A DNA stretch of 36,053 bases from a virus (IMGVR_UViG_3300037483_000177:1-36053); one strand, 5' to 3'. Positions 15,358-24,924 are shown, counted from the first letter of the stretch. The notes: generated from the letters alone by a model not told the origin. A program made the numbers and translations.

Positions 15358-17183
15358 TGGCCGACGGTTCTGCCGCTAAGTTTGATACAGCCGCCTACGA
15401 AGAAATGGGCGCATCATTTCTGGCGGCGCAACCGCTGACGGTAAGCCCCCGTAAGTATGCCGGCGAAGAAGCATGGAACCCGACATTCGTTCATCTCGAA
15501 TCACGGATGAATAATCTGAGAAACTGGCGCTGGACGTGGTGGGCGCACTGGGCGGTGCTGGCCGAGTTTTTCGTGCCCAGACGGTACAAATGGTTCGTAG
15601 TTGCCAACAACATGAACCGTGGCCGTCCGATCAACGACTCGATTATTGATTCCACGGGCCAGCTTGCCGTTCGTATCTGCGCCACCGGGATGTATTCTGG
15701 ACTGACGAATCCATCACGGCCTTGGTTCGGGCTTGAACCGGCGTTGCCGTGGATGGAGATCGACGCCGAGGGCAAGGAGTGGCTTGAGGATACCCAACGC
15801 CGCTTGGCAACTGTGCTGCACCAATCGAATTTCTATACCATCATGGCTCAGGCGTTCGAGGATGTGACCGTTTTCGGAACGGCACCAGTGATTATGTATG
15901 AGGACTCCGAAGACGCGCTGCGCTGCTACCTGCCCTGCGCCGGGGAGTATTTCTTGGGCGCGTCGTCACGTCTTGATGTTGATACCCTGTACCGGGAGTT
16001 CACGTTGACGGTGTTGCAGATCGTGGAGCAGTTCGGATTGGAAAGCTGCCCCAAAGAGGTTCAGACGTTGTGGGAACAGGGCGGCGGTTCGCTGGACTCT
16101 GAGTTTGTGGTGGCCCATGCCATTGAGCCGAATTTCCCGATTAAGACCAGAGCCAAGGGAACGGCGAAGCAGCTTGATATTTTGCCTGCGGAGTTCACGT
16201 ACCGCGAGATTTACTGGCTCAAGGGCCGGAAGTCGGAACGTCCGCTGTCGAAGCGCGGGTTCAAGGAGCGCCCGTTCTTCGTGGCCCGCTGGTCAACGGT
16301 GTCGAATGACGCCTATGGCCGCAGCCCCTGCATGGATGCGCTTGGCGATACCAAACAGATTCAGCAGGAGACGTTTCGGAAGGCCGAGTTCATCGAGAAG
16401 GGCGTCCGTCCACCGATGGGGGCCGATCCTGAATTAAAGAACGAACCGGCGTCGATCATGCCGGGGATGATTACATACGTCTCTCAGGATCCGGGGAAAA
16501 AAGGGTTCTGGCCTCTGATCGAGGTCCATGCCCAGTGGCTCCAGGGATTGATTCAGGACATCGCTGGTGTTTCGGAGCGGATCAACCGCGCCCTGTTCGT
16601 CGATGCGTTCATGGCGATCACCAGAATGCAGGGTATCCAGCCCCGCAACGAAATGGAAATCACGAAGCGCGATCTGGAGAAGCTACAGGTTCTGGGTCCG
16701 TTCATTGATAGGTTCGAGAATGAGTTCGCGGCCCCCGCGATTAAGCGTTCCTTGGCGATCATGGAGCGCCGTCGGTTACTGAAACCGATGCCGGAGTCCA
16801 TCCGTAGGACGCCGCTGAAAATAGCGTATGTCTCGATTATGCGTATTGCCCAAGCCGCGTCCGAAGGTGTCGCCATGAAGGATGTGCTGGCAACGGCTGG
16901 TTCGATGTCGGCAGCGGCGAAGGCGGCAGGACTGCCGGACCCGATGCGTATCTTGAATCTGGATAAGTCGATACGGCTGTATGCACAGTCGCTCGATTTC
17001 CCAGAGAGCGCCCTGTTCACGGATCAGGAAATCGCGGACAACGATCAGGCTGCACAGTCCGGGAAGGCGCAGGCTCAGGTGTTGCCGACGACAATGGCCG
17101 GGGTTCAGGCCGCGAAGATCGCGTCGGAAACGCCAGTCGGCGGCGATACCCTGTTGAGTTCGATTCTGGGAGGAGGTCAGTGA
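15357..17183 (+). CDS. portal / head-to-tail connector (BPP-1 Bbp21/T7 gp8-like)
   Basis: IIDSTG..A, SGLTNPSRPWF, FGTA, PFFVARW...YGRSP.MDALGD.K, LGP...R...E motifs. Confidence 0.93.
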   Translation: MADGSAAKFDTAAYEEMGASFLAAQPLTVSPRKYAGEEAWNPTFVHLESRMNNLRNWRWTWWAHWAVLAEFFVPRRYKWFVVANNMNRGRPINDSIIDSTGQLAVRICATGMYSGLTNPSRPWFGLEPALPWMEIDAEGKEWLEDTQRRLATVLHQSNFYTIMAQAFEDVTVFGTAPVIMYEDSEDALRCYLPCAGEYFLGASSRLDVDTLYREFTLTVLQIVEQFGLESCPKEVQTLWEQGGGSLDSEFVVAHAIEPNFPIKTRAKGTAKQLDILPAEFTYREIYWLKGRKSERPLSKRGFKERPFFVARWSTVSNDAYGRSPCMDALGDTKQIQQETFRKAEFIEKGVRPPMGADPELKNEPASIMPGMITYVSQDPGKKGFWPLIEVHAQWLQGLIQDIAGVSERINRALFVDAFMAITRMQGIQPRNEMEITKRDLEKLQVLGPFIDRFENEFAAPAIKRSLAIMERRRLLKPMPESIRRTPLKIAYVSIMRIAQAASEGVAMKDVLATAGSMSAAAKAAGLPDPMRILNLDKSIRLYAQSLDFPESALFTDQEIADNDQAAQSGKAQAQVLPTTMAGVQAAKIASETPVGGDTLLSSILGGGQ

Positions 17184-17794
17184 TGATGAAGCGTGTCTTG
17201 ATTCCTGTTCTGGCCGTCATCATGGGGGCATGGGCGACTATTGTGATTGCCGATGTCGTCATCCAGTTGCCGTCCACAATCCAGCCGAATCTGATGACGG
17301 GGCTGACGCAGATTCCGACGTATTCTGCGGCGGTTACTGATCTGGCTAATGTGGCGGACTCCGATATTTACTGCGTCACCGGGTCTGACACCAAGCTGGT
17401 GAAGGTTACGGGGTTCTGTGTTTCTGTGGAGGCGACCTCTGCGATCATCGCTGATCTGACGATTGTTCTGCGGTCGGAAGCAAACAGCGGCGGTGGTCTG
17501 GCGTCGGTTCCCGTCGTGAAGATGGACCAGTTAAACCCCGATGCCACGGCAACGGTGCAGTCGTTTACATCGGCGCCGACACTTGGTGCTGCGGTGGGTG
17601 TCGTCCGTTCGATTAAGATGCATCTCGACGGAACCGGGTCTGCTGGACGTTCCTGCCAGGGGACGCTGTATTTTCCGCGTAACTGGGGTCAGCCGATTAC
17701 GCTGCGTGGTTCCAGTCAGTCGGTCTGTGTCCATAGCAGCGCCGTCGGTGCGGGCGGTAACTGGAACGTCACCCACGAACATACCGAGGAATAA
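17180..17794 (+). CDS. signal-peptide-bearing beta-rich protein
   Basis: MKR plus hydrophobic stretch plus VIA-D; Thr/Ser/Val-rich; coupled to the portal stop. Confidence 0.75.
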   Translation: MMMKRVLIPVLAVIMGAWATIVIADVVIQLPSTIQPNLMTGLTQIPTYSAAVTDLANVADSDIYCVTGSDTKLVKVTGFCVSVEATSAIIADLTIVLRSEANSGGGLASVPVVKMDQLNPDATATVQSFTSAPTLGAAVGVVRSIKMHLDGTGSAGRSCQGTLYFPRNWGQPITLRGSSQSVCVHSSAVGAGGNWNVTHEHTEE

Positions 17795-17803
17795 GGACAG
17801 CGG

Positions 17804-18007
17804 TTAAATATCGCCGCGCGCCCAAGCCGCAAATGTTGATAATTTTGAGCGTTTTTTTCTAGCCGCACGGTCTATATTTGAAATAAGACTTAAGACGCAA
17901 ATCGCGGTGCGAACTGCGTCGCGGGCATCTTCAAGTTTTTTATCCTCGGCTCGTTTCTTAAGTTCCAGATATTTTTTTGATACCGACTTGCAATCGTAGA
18001 CGCTCAT
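17804..18007 (-). CDS. hypothetical protein
   Basis: ATGA-coupled last gene of the reverse island. Confidence 0.55.
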   Translation of the reverse strand: MSVYDCKSVSKKYLELKKRAEDKKLEDARDAVRTAICVLSLISNIDRAARKKRSKLSTFAAWARGDI

Positions 18008-18228
18008 CGTGCCGTCCCCAGAATAGACCGCGCCAGCGTCAGCAGCCCGACACGGTTGGGGTTGGCGAATGGATCGACGGGGGGGTAGCTATCCGGCGCG
18101 TCCCACATAGCAGCGGTTTTATTGTCGAGTATCACCATTGGGCTGTGTAGCGCCTGAAATTCCACATCCAACGGCATCGGACCACTCAATCTTGGCTGGT
18201 CCACCGCGCACAATTTCTTCTTTCCCAT
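18004..18228 (-). CDS. hypothetical protein
   Basis: GGAGG RBS, MGKKKL..., coupled to the gcrA stop. Confidence 0.6.
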   Translation of the reverse strand: MGKKKLCAVDQPRLSGPMPLDVEFQALHSPMVILDNKTAAMWDAPDSYPPVDPFANPNRVGLLTLARSILGTAR

Positions 18229-18683
18229 CACGCCACCTCCTTCTTCTTCTGATAAACGCGGTCGTAGTGATGCTGGCACCAATCCGTGCCGTCAACCGTT
18301 TCACGGCCACAGAACATTTCCTCGATGCTGACACCTTCGGGACGATCTCGCGGGTCGATGCTGATAAATCGGCAGCCGCCTCCAGCGGGACGATCCTGCA
18401 ACGGAATAGACTGCGCGAAATCGGCTTCGAGTTTTTTCCGTTCCGCTGCGGCCTCGGCGCGGCGTTCCCGTTGTCCAGCGATTTTTTGTTCCCGTGCTTC
18501 GGCGATGTCGTCTGGTGTCCGATGCGAACTGTTGATACCGAGCCGGTTCAGTTTTCCGATGATCGCGGATTTGGAAACGGCGAATCGGTCGCCTATTTCG
18601 CGGGCCGTGAGATCAGTGTTTTTGTGCAGCCGGATCAGTTCTTCGATTTTATCCGGTGTCCAGAAGTTTTTGCCGTCGTTCAT
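18228..18683 (-). CDS. gcrA: GcrA-family cell-cycle regulator homologue
   Basis: WT...IEEL..L....LTAREIG....VSKSAIIGKLNRLG N-terminal HTH and CRF..DP....FCG......WC.HH C-terminal domain. Confidence 0.88.
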   Translation of the reverse strand: MNDGKNFWTPDKIEELIRLHKNTDLTAREIGDRFAVSKSAIIGKLNRLGINSSHRTPDDIAEAREQKIAGQRERRAEAAAERKKLEADFAQSIPLQDRPAGGGCRFISIDPRDRPEGVSIEEMFCGRETVDGTDWCQHHYDRVYQKKKEVA

Positions 18684-18711
18684 TTCGTCCCCCCATGAGC
18701 GGTGTAGTGGA

Positions 18712-18795
18712 TTAGTGCGGCCAAGGCGTTACTCTTTGTTGGTGGCGTCTGGACCTACGCATGAGCTCACTTCGGCTTTCGCGCCGCCGCACTAA
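18712..18795 (-). ncRNA. structured element 2 (closed by a 10-bp stem)
   Basis: TTAGTGCGGC...GCCGCACTAA, internal GCGT/ACGC hairpin and a weak T-arm-like hairpin. Confidence 0.4.
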
Positions 18796-18800
18796 ATGAA

Positions 18801-18927
18801 TGATGTAGGCCGGACTCGATACCGACTTGCGGGGACGTTCCGACACTTGAATGCCGATTGCGCTGCTCCCCGGTGCGGGGATAGCCGCCTCCCCACTCGC
18901 CGCACGTCCTCCCGTGCTGCTACATCA
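18801..18927 (-). ncRNA. tRNA-like structured RNA with expanded central domain
   Basis: Acceptor-like TGATGTAG/CTACATCA, D-like GCACG/CGTGC, T-like GTCGG-TATCGAGT-CCGGC, extra GC-rich stems. Confidence 0.65.
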
Positions 18928-18949
18928 ACTCGTTGCCCAATCGGGCGAA

Positions 18950-19123
18950 TTATTTATCGTCGTCCTTGAGCGCCGCGTTGAGCGCACTCAGTCCGGGAAC
19001 GATGGCGCGAACGATAGGAACCGCGATGTCGTCTGGTTTGTCGTCATCACCAAATGGATCAACGACGGCTTGCGCCAAATCGCTGACGACACCAGTTGCA
19101 ATCTTGCACAAAAAATCAAACAT
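18950..19123 (-). CDS. small acidic hypothetical protein (57 aa)
   Basis: Hand translation MFDFLCKIATGVVSDLAQ...KDDDK*, AAGGA RBS. Confidence 0.55.
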   Translation of the reverse strand: MFDFLCKIATGVVSDLAQAVVDPFGDDDKPDDIAVPIVRAIVPGLSALNAALKDDDK

Positions 19124-19156
19124 GCTTTTTTTCCTTTGTGAACCGTACGCGGCTAA

Positions 19157-19405
19157 TCACGCCTTCGTATTAAACAGCGTTGGCCGAACCGGAGGATGAA
19201 ACCTGACAACCTTCTGAGCCGCCCATTCATCGAGCGCGGTTTTAGAGTACCGCACCGTCTTCCAGCCAGCCGCGATAAATTCCGGCCCATTTCCCTTGTT
19301 GTTGTTCGCGGCTTTGTTTGCCAGCGTGAACCGGGACACCGGACAACCGATTGAGGTCAGGTATATCGCCGCCTCTTTTCGAGTGTAGAATTGTTCTTTC
19401 GCCAT
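19157..19405 (-). CDS. excisionase/AlpA-like HTH DNA-binding protein
   Basis: YTRKEAA.YL......TLA......GP.F......VRY....LDEWA. Confidence 0.8.
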   Translation of the reverse strand: MAKEQFYTRKEAAIYLTSIGCPVSRFTLANKAANNNKGNGPEFIAAGWKTVRYSKTALDEWAAQKVVRFHPPVRPTLFNTKA

Positions 19406-19450
19406 TCAGATACCCCGTTTGCGCCCCGTTTGTTAATCACCATTCAAATA

Positions 19451-19479
19451 AGTTATCCTCATACATACCAGGATGTCAA
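19451..19479 (-). promoter_or_regulatory. leftward promoter of the gcrA island
   Basis: Minus strand TTGACA-N17-ATAACT upstream of 19405; -10 placement uncertain. Confidence 0.5.
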
Positions 19480-19521
19480 TATCTAGTTGCATGGCGGAAA
19501 AATATCCATGAATGTTTTCCC

Positions 19522-19968
19522 ATGGCAACGACAGAGCAAGAAATTTTCCAGCGTTTATCCGACAGCTTCAAGGCTGCGGCGGAGTGCTGTGACAAATTAT
19601 CCTCGGAACCGAAGACGGGTCCGAACTATATGCGTCTTCGTGAGCATCTGAAACTTATCGAAGGTGCGGCGCGTCAGGCCGCCCATTGGCGCGAAGATAC
19701 GCGCTGGCTGAAAATTGGATTGAATGCCGCCCAGTGTCATCAGAAGGCAGGCGATTGGCTGCGCTCCCACGCGCCGCGCGTCTATTTTGACAAGTTGGCT
19801 TCCGCGATGCGCCAGTTGCACCTCAGCACGGAGCGTTTGAAGACCCAGCCGACGGGGCGTATGGGGGCAATCCTCCCGGTGGTTCCTCCCCTGCCGAGCC
19901 GTTCCGTTCATCCTGTTGGCTGGTCCCCCTCTAAGGGCGGTATCTTGATGCCGGGAGGGTCGGTATGA
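19522..19968 (+). CDS. hypothetical protein
   Basis: MATTEQEIFQRL..., coupled to the next gene. Confidence 0.7.
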   Translation: MATTEQEIFQRLSDSFKAAAECCDKLSSEPKTGPNYMRLREHLKLIEGAARQAAHWREDTRWLKIGLNAAQCHQKAGDWLRSHAPRVYFDKLASAMRQLHLSTERLKTQPTGRMGAILPVVPPLPSRSVHPVGWSPSKGGILMPGGSV

Positions 19969-20360
19969 GCGATGAATACGACGATCCTCCAGTCCCTGAG
20001 CCAGTATCCGACGAATCTGGTGAAGACGCCCAGCCCAGTGCTGTTGATCCAGAGGCCCATCGTAAAATCCGCAACCGCAAGAAGCGGGAAGCAATGGAGC
20101 GTGATGAGTTTTGGCGCGCCATATTCTCGACTGAAACCGGACGCCGTGAGATGTGGGGGCTTCTATCGAGGCTACACCCGTTTAATGCCCGCATGGGGAC
20201 GACGCCATCCGGCGCACCTGATGAGCGCACGACTTGGATGTTCTTGGCCGAACAGCTTGTTGGGCAGCACATTTTTCAGGAGTGGTTCGGTCGGCACCCA
20301 GAATTTGTCATGCTTATGCGACAAGAAAATGATCCAGCGTTCAAAAAGGGAGCGAATTGA
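19965..20360 (+). CDS. Bbp19-like head-region protein
   Basis: FWRAIFSTETGRREMWGLL motif; located before the scaffold. Confidence 0.7.
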   Translation: MSDEYDDPPVPEPVSDESGEDAQPSAVDPEAHRKIRNRKKREAMERDEFWRAIFSTETGRREMWGLLSRLHPFNARMGTTPSGAPDERTTWMFLAEQLVGQHIFQEWFGRHPEFVMLMRQENDPAFKKGAN

Positions 20361-20362
20361 AC

Positions 20363-21262
20363 ATGGCTGATGTAACCGAACAGAATGAACTGTTTGATGC
20401 CGGGGCTGCTGCTCCGGCTGAAACCGTTGCTGCACCTGAAACTGTTGTGACCGATGCCGCCGCCGCTGCGCCGGAGACTGCTGCTGATGCCGTTGCCGAT
20501 ACGGGCGCTGAAACCAGCTTGCTTGGCGCCATCGAAACTCCCGGTATCGAGAAGTCAGCCGAACCTGCTGAGGCTGCTGCTGCTACCGAAGAAAAACCCG
20601 CAGGCGCTGAGGAAGGAAAACCCGGCACTGTATCTGCCGATCCAGAAGCCAAGGCAGATGCCGACAAGCCTGCCGATGCCGCTGCGGATGAGAAACCCGC
20701 CGAGGCCGAGGCCGCCGCGCCTGAGACTCCAGTTCTGGAGCCGGTCGAGTACAAATACGAACTCCCAGAAACGCTCAAGATGGACGACGCCACGAAAACG
20801 GCGACTCACACCGCGCTCGATGCGTTCCGCTCCGATCCGACCAATCCTCAGCCGTTGATCGACCTGCACCATGAAATGATGCAGAAATACGACGCCGCCG
20901 TTCGTCAGCAACAGTGGGATGTGTTCAGCGAGACCAAGAAGCAGTGGCGTCAGGAAGTCCTGTCCGACAACGAAATAGGTGGCAGCGGCCACAATACAGC
21001 GATGCAGGCCATCGCCCGGATGCGCGATAACTTCGCGTCTTCTGAACGTCCCGGCACCAAGGCTTACGATGCCGACTTGCAGGCGTTCAACGGAATGCTT
21101 GAAGCCACTGGCGTCGGCAACCATCCGATCTTCCTGAAAATGCTGCACCGCATCGCTCAGGTCTATGACGAAGCCCCGATGGGGCCAACCAATGTAACGC
21201 CATCCCGTCAAAAGGGCGGCGCTGAAGTCCTCCACGACAACCCACGTTCGGCGAGGCAATGA
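20363..21262 (+). CDS. capsid scaffolding protein
   Basis: Acidic Ala/Pro-rich N-half, YELPE, TGVGNHP.F.KML.RI motif; immediately upstream of MCP. Confidence 0.82.
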   Translation: MADVTEQNELFDAGAAAPAETVAAPETVVTDAAAAAPETAADAVADTGAETSLLGAIETPGIEKSAEPAEAAAATEEKPAGAEEGKPGTVSADPEAKADADKPADAAADEKPAEAEAAAPETPVLEPVEYKYELPETLKMDDATKTATHTALDAFRSDPTNPQPLIDLHHEMMQKYDAAVRQQQWDVFSETKKQWRQEVLSDNEIGGSGHNTAMQAIARMRDNFASSERPGTKAYDADLQAFNGMLEATGVGNHPIFLKMLHRIAQVYDEAPMGPTNVTPSRQKGGAEVLHDNPRSARQ

Positions 21263-21320
21263 TGTTTTTTTATTCCACCGACCGGGCCAGTGATGCCCAT
21301 ACTGAACAAGGAGAACTCTA

Positions 21321-22367
21321 ATGGCTCAAGGTTCTTGGCCGACACTCGCCGACCTCACCTCGCGCATGGATGGTGCGGGTAAGCAGGCCTATATCGCGGA
21401 AATGCTTTCCCAATCCGTTGTCATGTTCGACGACATGCCGATGAAGGAAGGCAGCGAAATCGGCGGACACAGCTTCGTGTTCCGCACCTCGATTCCGACG
21501 GGCGCTTGGCGTTCGTATAACATGGGCACGCCGTATGGCAAGTCCACCACCGGCAAGGCGCAGGTTGGTATCGGCGCTCTTGAAGGCTACAGCCAGATCG
21601 ACCGTATGCTGGCCGAAGACTCCGGCAACGTCGCTCAGTTCCGTATGAACGAAGACGTGGCCTTCATCGAAGGCATGGGTCAGACCATGGAAGAAACGGC
21701 TTGGTACGGCAATACCACCACGAACCCATCCGAGTTCATGGGCCTGTCGCCGTTCTACAACACCCTGACTCAGGCTTCGGCTCAGAACGCGCAGAACGTC
21801 ATCGACGGAGGCGGCACCGGTTCCTCCAACGCCTCGCTGTGGCTGGTGTGCTGGGGCGAACGCTCTGTTTATGGCGTCTATCCTCGCGGCTCCAAGGCTG
21901 GCCTGACCTCCGAAGACAAGGGCGACGTGGTTCCGGGTCTGGATAGCGTCGGCAACCGTTTTGAAGCCTACACGACTTGGTTCCGCCATCAGGCAGCCAT
22001 CGTACCGGAAGACTGGCGCTTCGCAGCGCGTGTTGCAAACCTCGACGTGACCACGGCTGGTCTCGCCGGTGCCAGCGGCCCCGACCTGTTCCTGCTGATG
22101 TCGCAGGCCGTGTTGCTGCCGCCGACGCTGGGCCAGACCATCTCCGGCCTCGGCAAGGTCGATGCTCCGACCGATCCTTCCCCCGGCGTGCGCCCGGTAT
22201 TCTACTGCAACCGTACCGTTCGGTTCTGGATGGATGCCCAAGGTATGCGTAACCGTAACGTCTTGCTGACCGTGAATGATGCTGCTGGCAAGCCGCAAGA
22301 CGTGTTCCGTGGTATCCCGGTGAAGGTTTCGGATCGTCTGCTTATCAACGAAGCTGCGGTTTCCTAA
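21321..22367 (+). CDS. major capsid protein (BPP-1 Bbp17-like, HK97 fold)
   Basis: PTLADL.SR, IAEMLSQ, FR.NED.AFIEGMGQ, DWRFAARVAN, FRGIPV...D.L...EA.V; AAGGAG RBS. Confidence 0.92.
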   Translation: MAQGSWPTLADLTSRMDGAGKQAYIAEMLSQSVVMFDDMPMKEGSEIGGHSFVFRTSIPTGAWRSYNMGTPYGKSTTGKAQVGIGALEGYSQIDRMLAEDSGNVAQFRMNEDVAFIEGMGQTMEETAWYGNTTTNPSEFMGLSPFYNTLTQASAQNAQNVIDGGGTGSSNASLWLVCWGERSVYGVYPRGSKAGLTSEDKGDVVPGLDSVGNRFEAYTTWFRHQAAIVPEDWRFAARVANLDVTTAGLAGASGPDLFLLMSQAVLLPPTLGQTISGLGKVDAPTDPSPGVRPVFYCNRTVRFWMDAQGMRNRNVLLTVNDAAGKPQDVFRGIPVKVSDRLLINEAAVS

Positions 22368-22395
22368 TCGCGCCTTTAGAAGAAGGAAATAAAAC

Positions 22396-22971
22396 ATGCG
22401 TAACGATGCACTTTTGGCTTTCGTTCCAATTGGCGGCAACCTGTCCTTGATCGCCGCTGCGGGCGTAGATGTCGCCTCCACCAACACCATTGACTTCTTG
22501 GGTCTTGGCGTCGGTGTGGTGGCCCCGAATACGACCACGGGCAACCCGATCATCGGTAACACCACGAACTTCGGTCAGGCCGACGGCATGGGCGTAGGCT
22601 CCATCCGTCCCGAACTGAACGTCACCATCGGGACCGCTCTGGTGGCTGACACCGGCACCCCGACGCTGAACGTCCAGTTGCAGGGCGCAGCAGACGACGG
22701 CACCGGCAATCCCGATACGTGGCAGACCATCGGCGAGTCCGGTGAAATCTCTGTCGCCCAAGGTACTGCCAATACCGTGGTCGCACGGCTGCCATACCTG
22801 CCGCCGTTCCCTGAGAATCTTCGTCCGCGTTTCCTGCGGTTGAACTTCGCCATTCCGGCGGGTACGAATTTCTCTGCTGGCACCATCGCCTCGGCGTTGG
22901 TTACAACGGTACGTGACGATTGGGCGAGTCGCCAAGCCGCGAAGAATTACAATCTCTCCGGCGTTGCTTAA
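22396..22971 (+). CDS. capsid cement/decoration protein (Bbp16-like)
   Basis: M..DALL.F, STNTID, RFLRLNF, F.AG.I.; follows MCP. Confidence 0.8.
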   Translation: MRNDALLAFVPIGGNLSLIAAAGVDVASTNTIDFLGLGVGVVAPNTTTGNPIIGNTTNFGQADGMGVGSIRPELNVTIGTALVADTGTPTLNVQLQGAADDGTGNPDTWQTIGESGEISVAQGTANTVVARLPYLPPFPENLRPRFLRLNFAIPAGTNFSAGTIASALVTTVRDDWASRQAAKNYNLSGVA

Positions 22972-22986
22972 CTAGGAGTCGAATAA

Positions 22987-23784
22987 ATGGAGGACAATGA
23001 AATGGGTAGGAAACCTCGCGTTCAAGTCGATGCAGAATCTGATCGTCGTGAACAAGAAATCAACGCCCGCGTTGACGAGCGTGTAAACGCTCTATTCGCG
23101 GAGTTGAAGGCACAGCTTGAACCCGGAGCAATCTCTGCTCCGGCTCAGGCCGTGGCGTCGTCGAATGACGGCATGGGTAATCTTCTTAGTGAACTTGTTA
23201 TGAACATGAAGAAGATGATGGACCCGCAATCTCAGAAGCGCGTTTTCTCCCCGGAGGAAATGCGTCAGATGGAATCCGCGCGGGAAAATATGATCCGTCT
23301 GATCGTCGAAGCGCACGAACGCCGTGAAGCGGGTGATGCGAACGCAATGCCTGTTTACGCTCTCAAGGCCAAGGTTTATTTGGCCGAACGAAAGATCGAA
23401 CCGCAGTATTTCGACAAACGCACCGAGCGTATGATGCCGCAAGAAATCAACTGGCCGGGTATTCCCAGCGAAGCGATGCACCCCATCAACGACGTGGCGA
23501 AGAAAATCCATGCCGCGTTTATGGGCAGCCTCTTGGGCATCAACATGAACAAGAACACGGCCCCAAGTTTTGTTTTGGACGGGTCTAAGGTTCTTCGTAT
23601 GGCCCCGGTGGAATTTGAACAGGTCGGTAATTCCGGCACCGCTGATCCTCGCAAGATGATCCCCGGTGTCGAACCGATTGACTATTCCAAGCCGATCAAT
23701 GTTCTGGGCACCGTGGCGGCACCGATGGCGCCGACGTTCGGCTCCCGGTTTGACGTACATGAACCAATCGTTCGGAACGGGTAA
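22987..23784 (+). CDS. hypothetical virion-module protein
   Basis: 265 aa, AGGAG RBS. Confidence 0.75.
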   Translation: MEDNEMGRKPRVQVDAESDRREQEINARVDERVNALFAELKAQLEPGAISAPAQAVASSNDGMGNLLSELVMNMKKMMDPQSQKRVFSPEEMRQMESARENMIRLIVEAHERREAGDANAMPVYALKAKVYLAERKIEPQYFDKRTERMMPQEINWPGIPSEAMHPINDVAKKIHAAFMGSLLGINMNKNTAPSFVLDGSKVLRMAPVEFEQVGNSGTADPRKMIPGVEPIDYSKPINVLGTVAAPMAPTFGSRFDVHEPIVRNG

Positions 23785-23790
23785 TAAAAA

Positions 23791-24087
23791 ATGGCCTCCT
23801 GCTACATCGAGGAATATGAAAACGTAGGCTCCGGTGGGGGAACGTATTTTGCTGGGGGAGTTCCCCCGGCACCCTCGCTGGCTGTCCAGAAGATCACCAT
23901 CGGGGCGGCCACTCAGTCGTCTGCGTTCAATGACAAGACCAAGATGATTGCGATTGTCGCCGATGGAGCCTGTCATTTTTCCGTTGGGGCAGACCCGACT
24001 GCCGCCGCGACTACTGAATATCTTCCGGCAAATACGGTAAGGTTGCTGGGCGTTCCACACGGCTACAAAATCTCGGTAGCCACTTAA
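23791..24087 (+). CDS. small beta-rich virion (decoration-like) protein
   Basis: QSSAF...T.MI.IVAD..C.F.VG.DPTA pattern. Confidence 0.7.
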   Translation: MASCYIEEYENVGSGGGTYFAGGVPPAPSLAVQKITIGAATQSSAFNDKTKMIAIVADGACHFSVGADPTAAATTEYLPANTVRLLGVPHGYKISVAT

Positions 24088-24107
24088 TCGTTTAAGGAGA
24101 ACCAAAA

Positions 24108-24416
24108 ATGTTTCCGTCCGGCCAGAAACTTCTTTCCAATGTTGCGACCGCATTTCAGTTTTTGGTTGCGACCGCAGGCCCACAGGCTACTGCTGTAGCG
24201 GCGCAGGGTGGCATCTTCACTCTCACGGAAGACACGCCGTTAGATGTTGCAGATACCGCCGTTACCGCTGATTCTTTGATCCTGATCGGGCTCAAAACTG
24301 TTGGTGGAACCGTTGGTGCGGTTCCAGCAGTTCAGTCCCTCACCGCAGGAACTGGGTTCAATGTCACCGGCACTTCCGGCGATACATCCGTTTACACCTA
24401 TCTCATCATTGGCTAA
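24108..24416 (+). CDS. small beta-rich virion protein
   Basis: AAGGAG RBS; VTADS.I...TAGTGF....DTSVY.Y.II pattern. Confidence 0.7.
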   Translation: MFPSGQKLLSNVATAFQFLVATAGPQATAVAAQGGIFTLTEDTPLDVADTAVTADSLILIGLKTVGGTVGAVPAVQSLTAGTGFNVTGTSGDTSVYTYLIIG

Positions 24417-24428
24417 GGAGTCCACGCC

Positions 24429-24911
24429 ATGAACAAATATCACGTTATCGCCTTTTCCGTGGCGATGGTCCTTGCCTTCGGTGGTGCCGTTATGGCGCAG
24501 GTCTCGTTGCCGCAGGTTTCCACCATCAGCCCGACCGCCGACCGTATCCAGGTCATCCCATCCGGCCAGCCGTCGGCACAGTCTGTTTACGCCTCTCCGG
24601 CGCAGATCACGGCCACCAAGGGGTATTACACCTCTATTCCGACAAGCCTGTTCACCTATACCTTTGGGAACGCGGTGGCCTTGGCTGCATTTGATCCCGC
24701 AGGTACGCTGGATTATGGTTATGTCACCTTGGCTCCAACTCCCAGCGACGGCACCGAAGCCTGTGTTTTCTCGACGGCGGCGATCACCACTCTGTATCTG
24801 ACCGCCAATACCGGACAGACCCTGAATGATGCCGTGACCACGTTGGCTGCTAATGCCCGCAACTGCTACGTTTATGCCCTTTCCTCGGCGACGTGGAAAC
24901 GGTCGCAGTAA
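24429..24911 (+). CDS. signal-peptide-bearing beta-rich protein
   Basis: MNK plus hydrophobic stretch plus VMA-Q; AAGGAG RBS; Thr/Ala-rich. Confidence 0.8.
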   Translation: MNKYHVIAFSVAMVLAFGGAVMAQVSLPQVSTISPTADRIQVIPSGQPSAQSVYASPAQITATKGYYTSIPTSLFTYTFGNAVALAAFDPAGTLDYGYVTLAPTPSDGTEACVFSTAAITTLYLTANTGQTLNDAVTTLAANARNCYVYALSSATWKRSQ

Positions 24912-24924
24912 GGCCAGACATGCA

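Noticed and set aside
18801-18927. Canonical or intron-containing tRNA
   Set aside because: No 7-nt anticodon loop, non-canonical 8-nt T-loop and no CCA; kept only as tRNA-like.
21318-22565. 415-aa minus-strand ORF and similar long antisense ORFs (23092-24183, 29992-31074, 20555-21259, 13461-14117)
   Set aside because: Shadows of well-supported plus-strand genes in GC-rich DNA, with no recognisable motifs.
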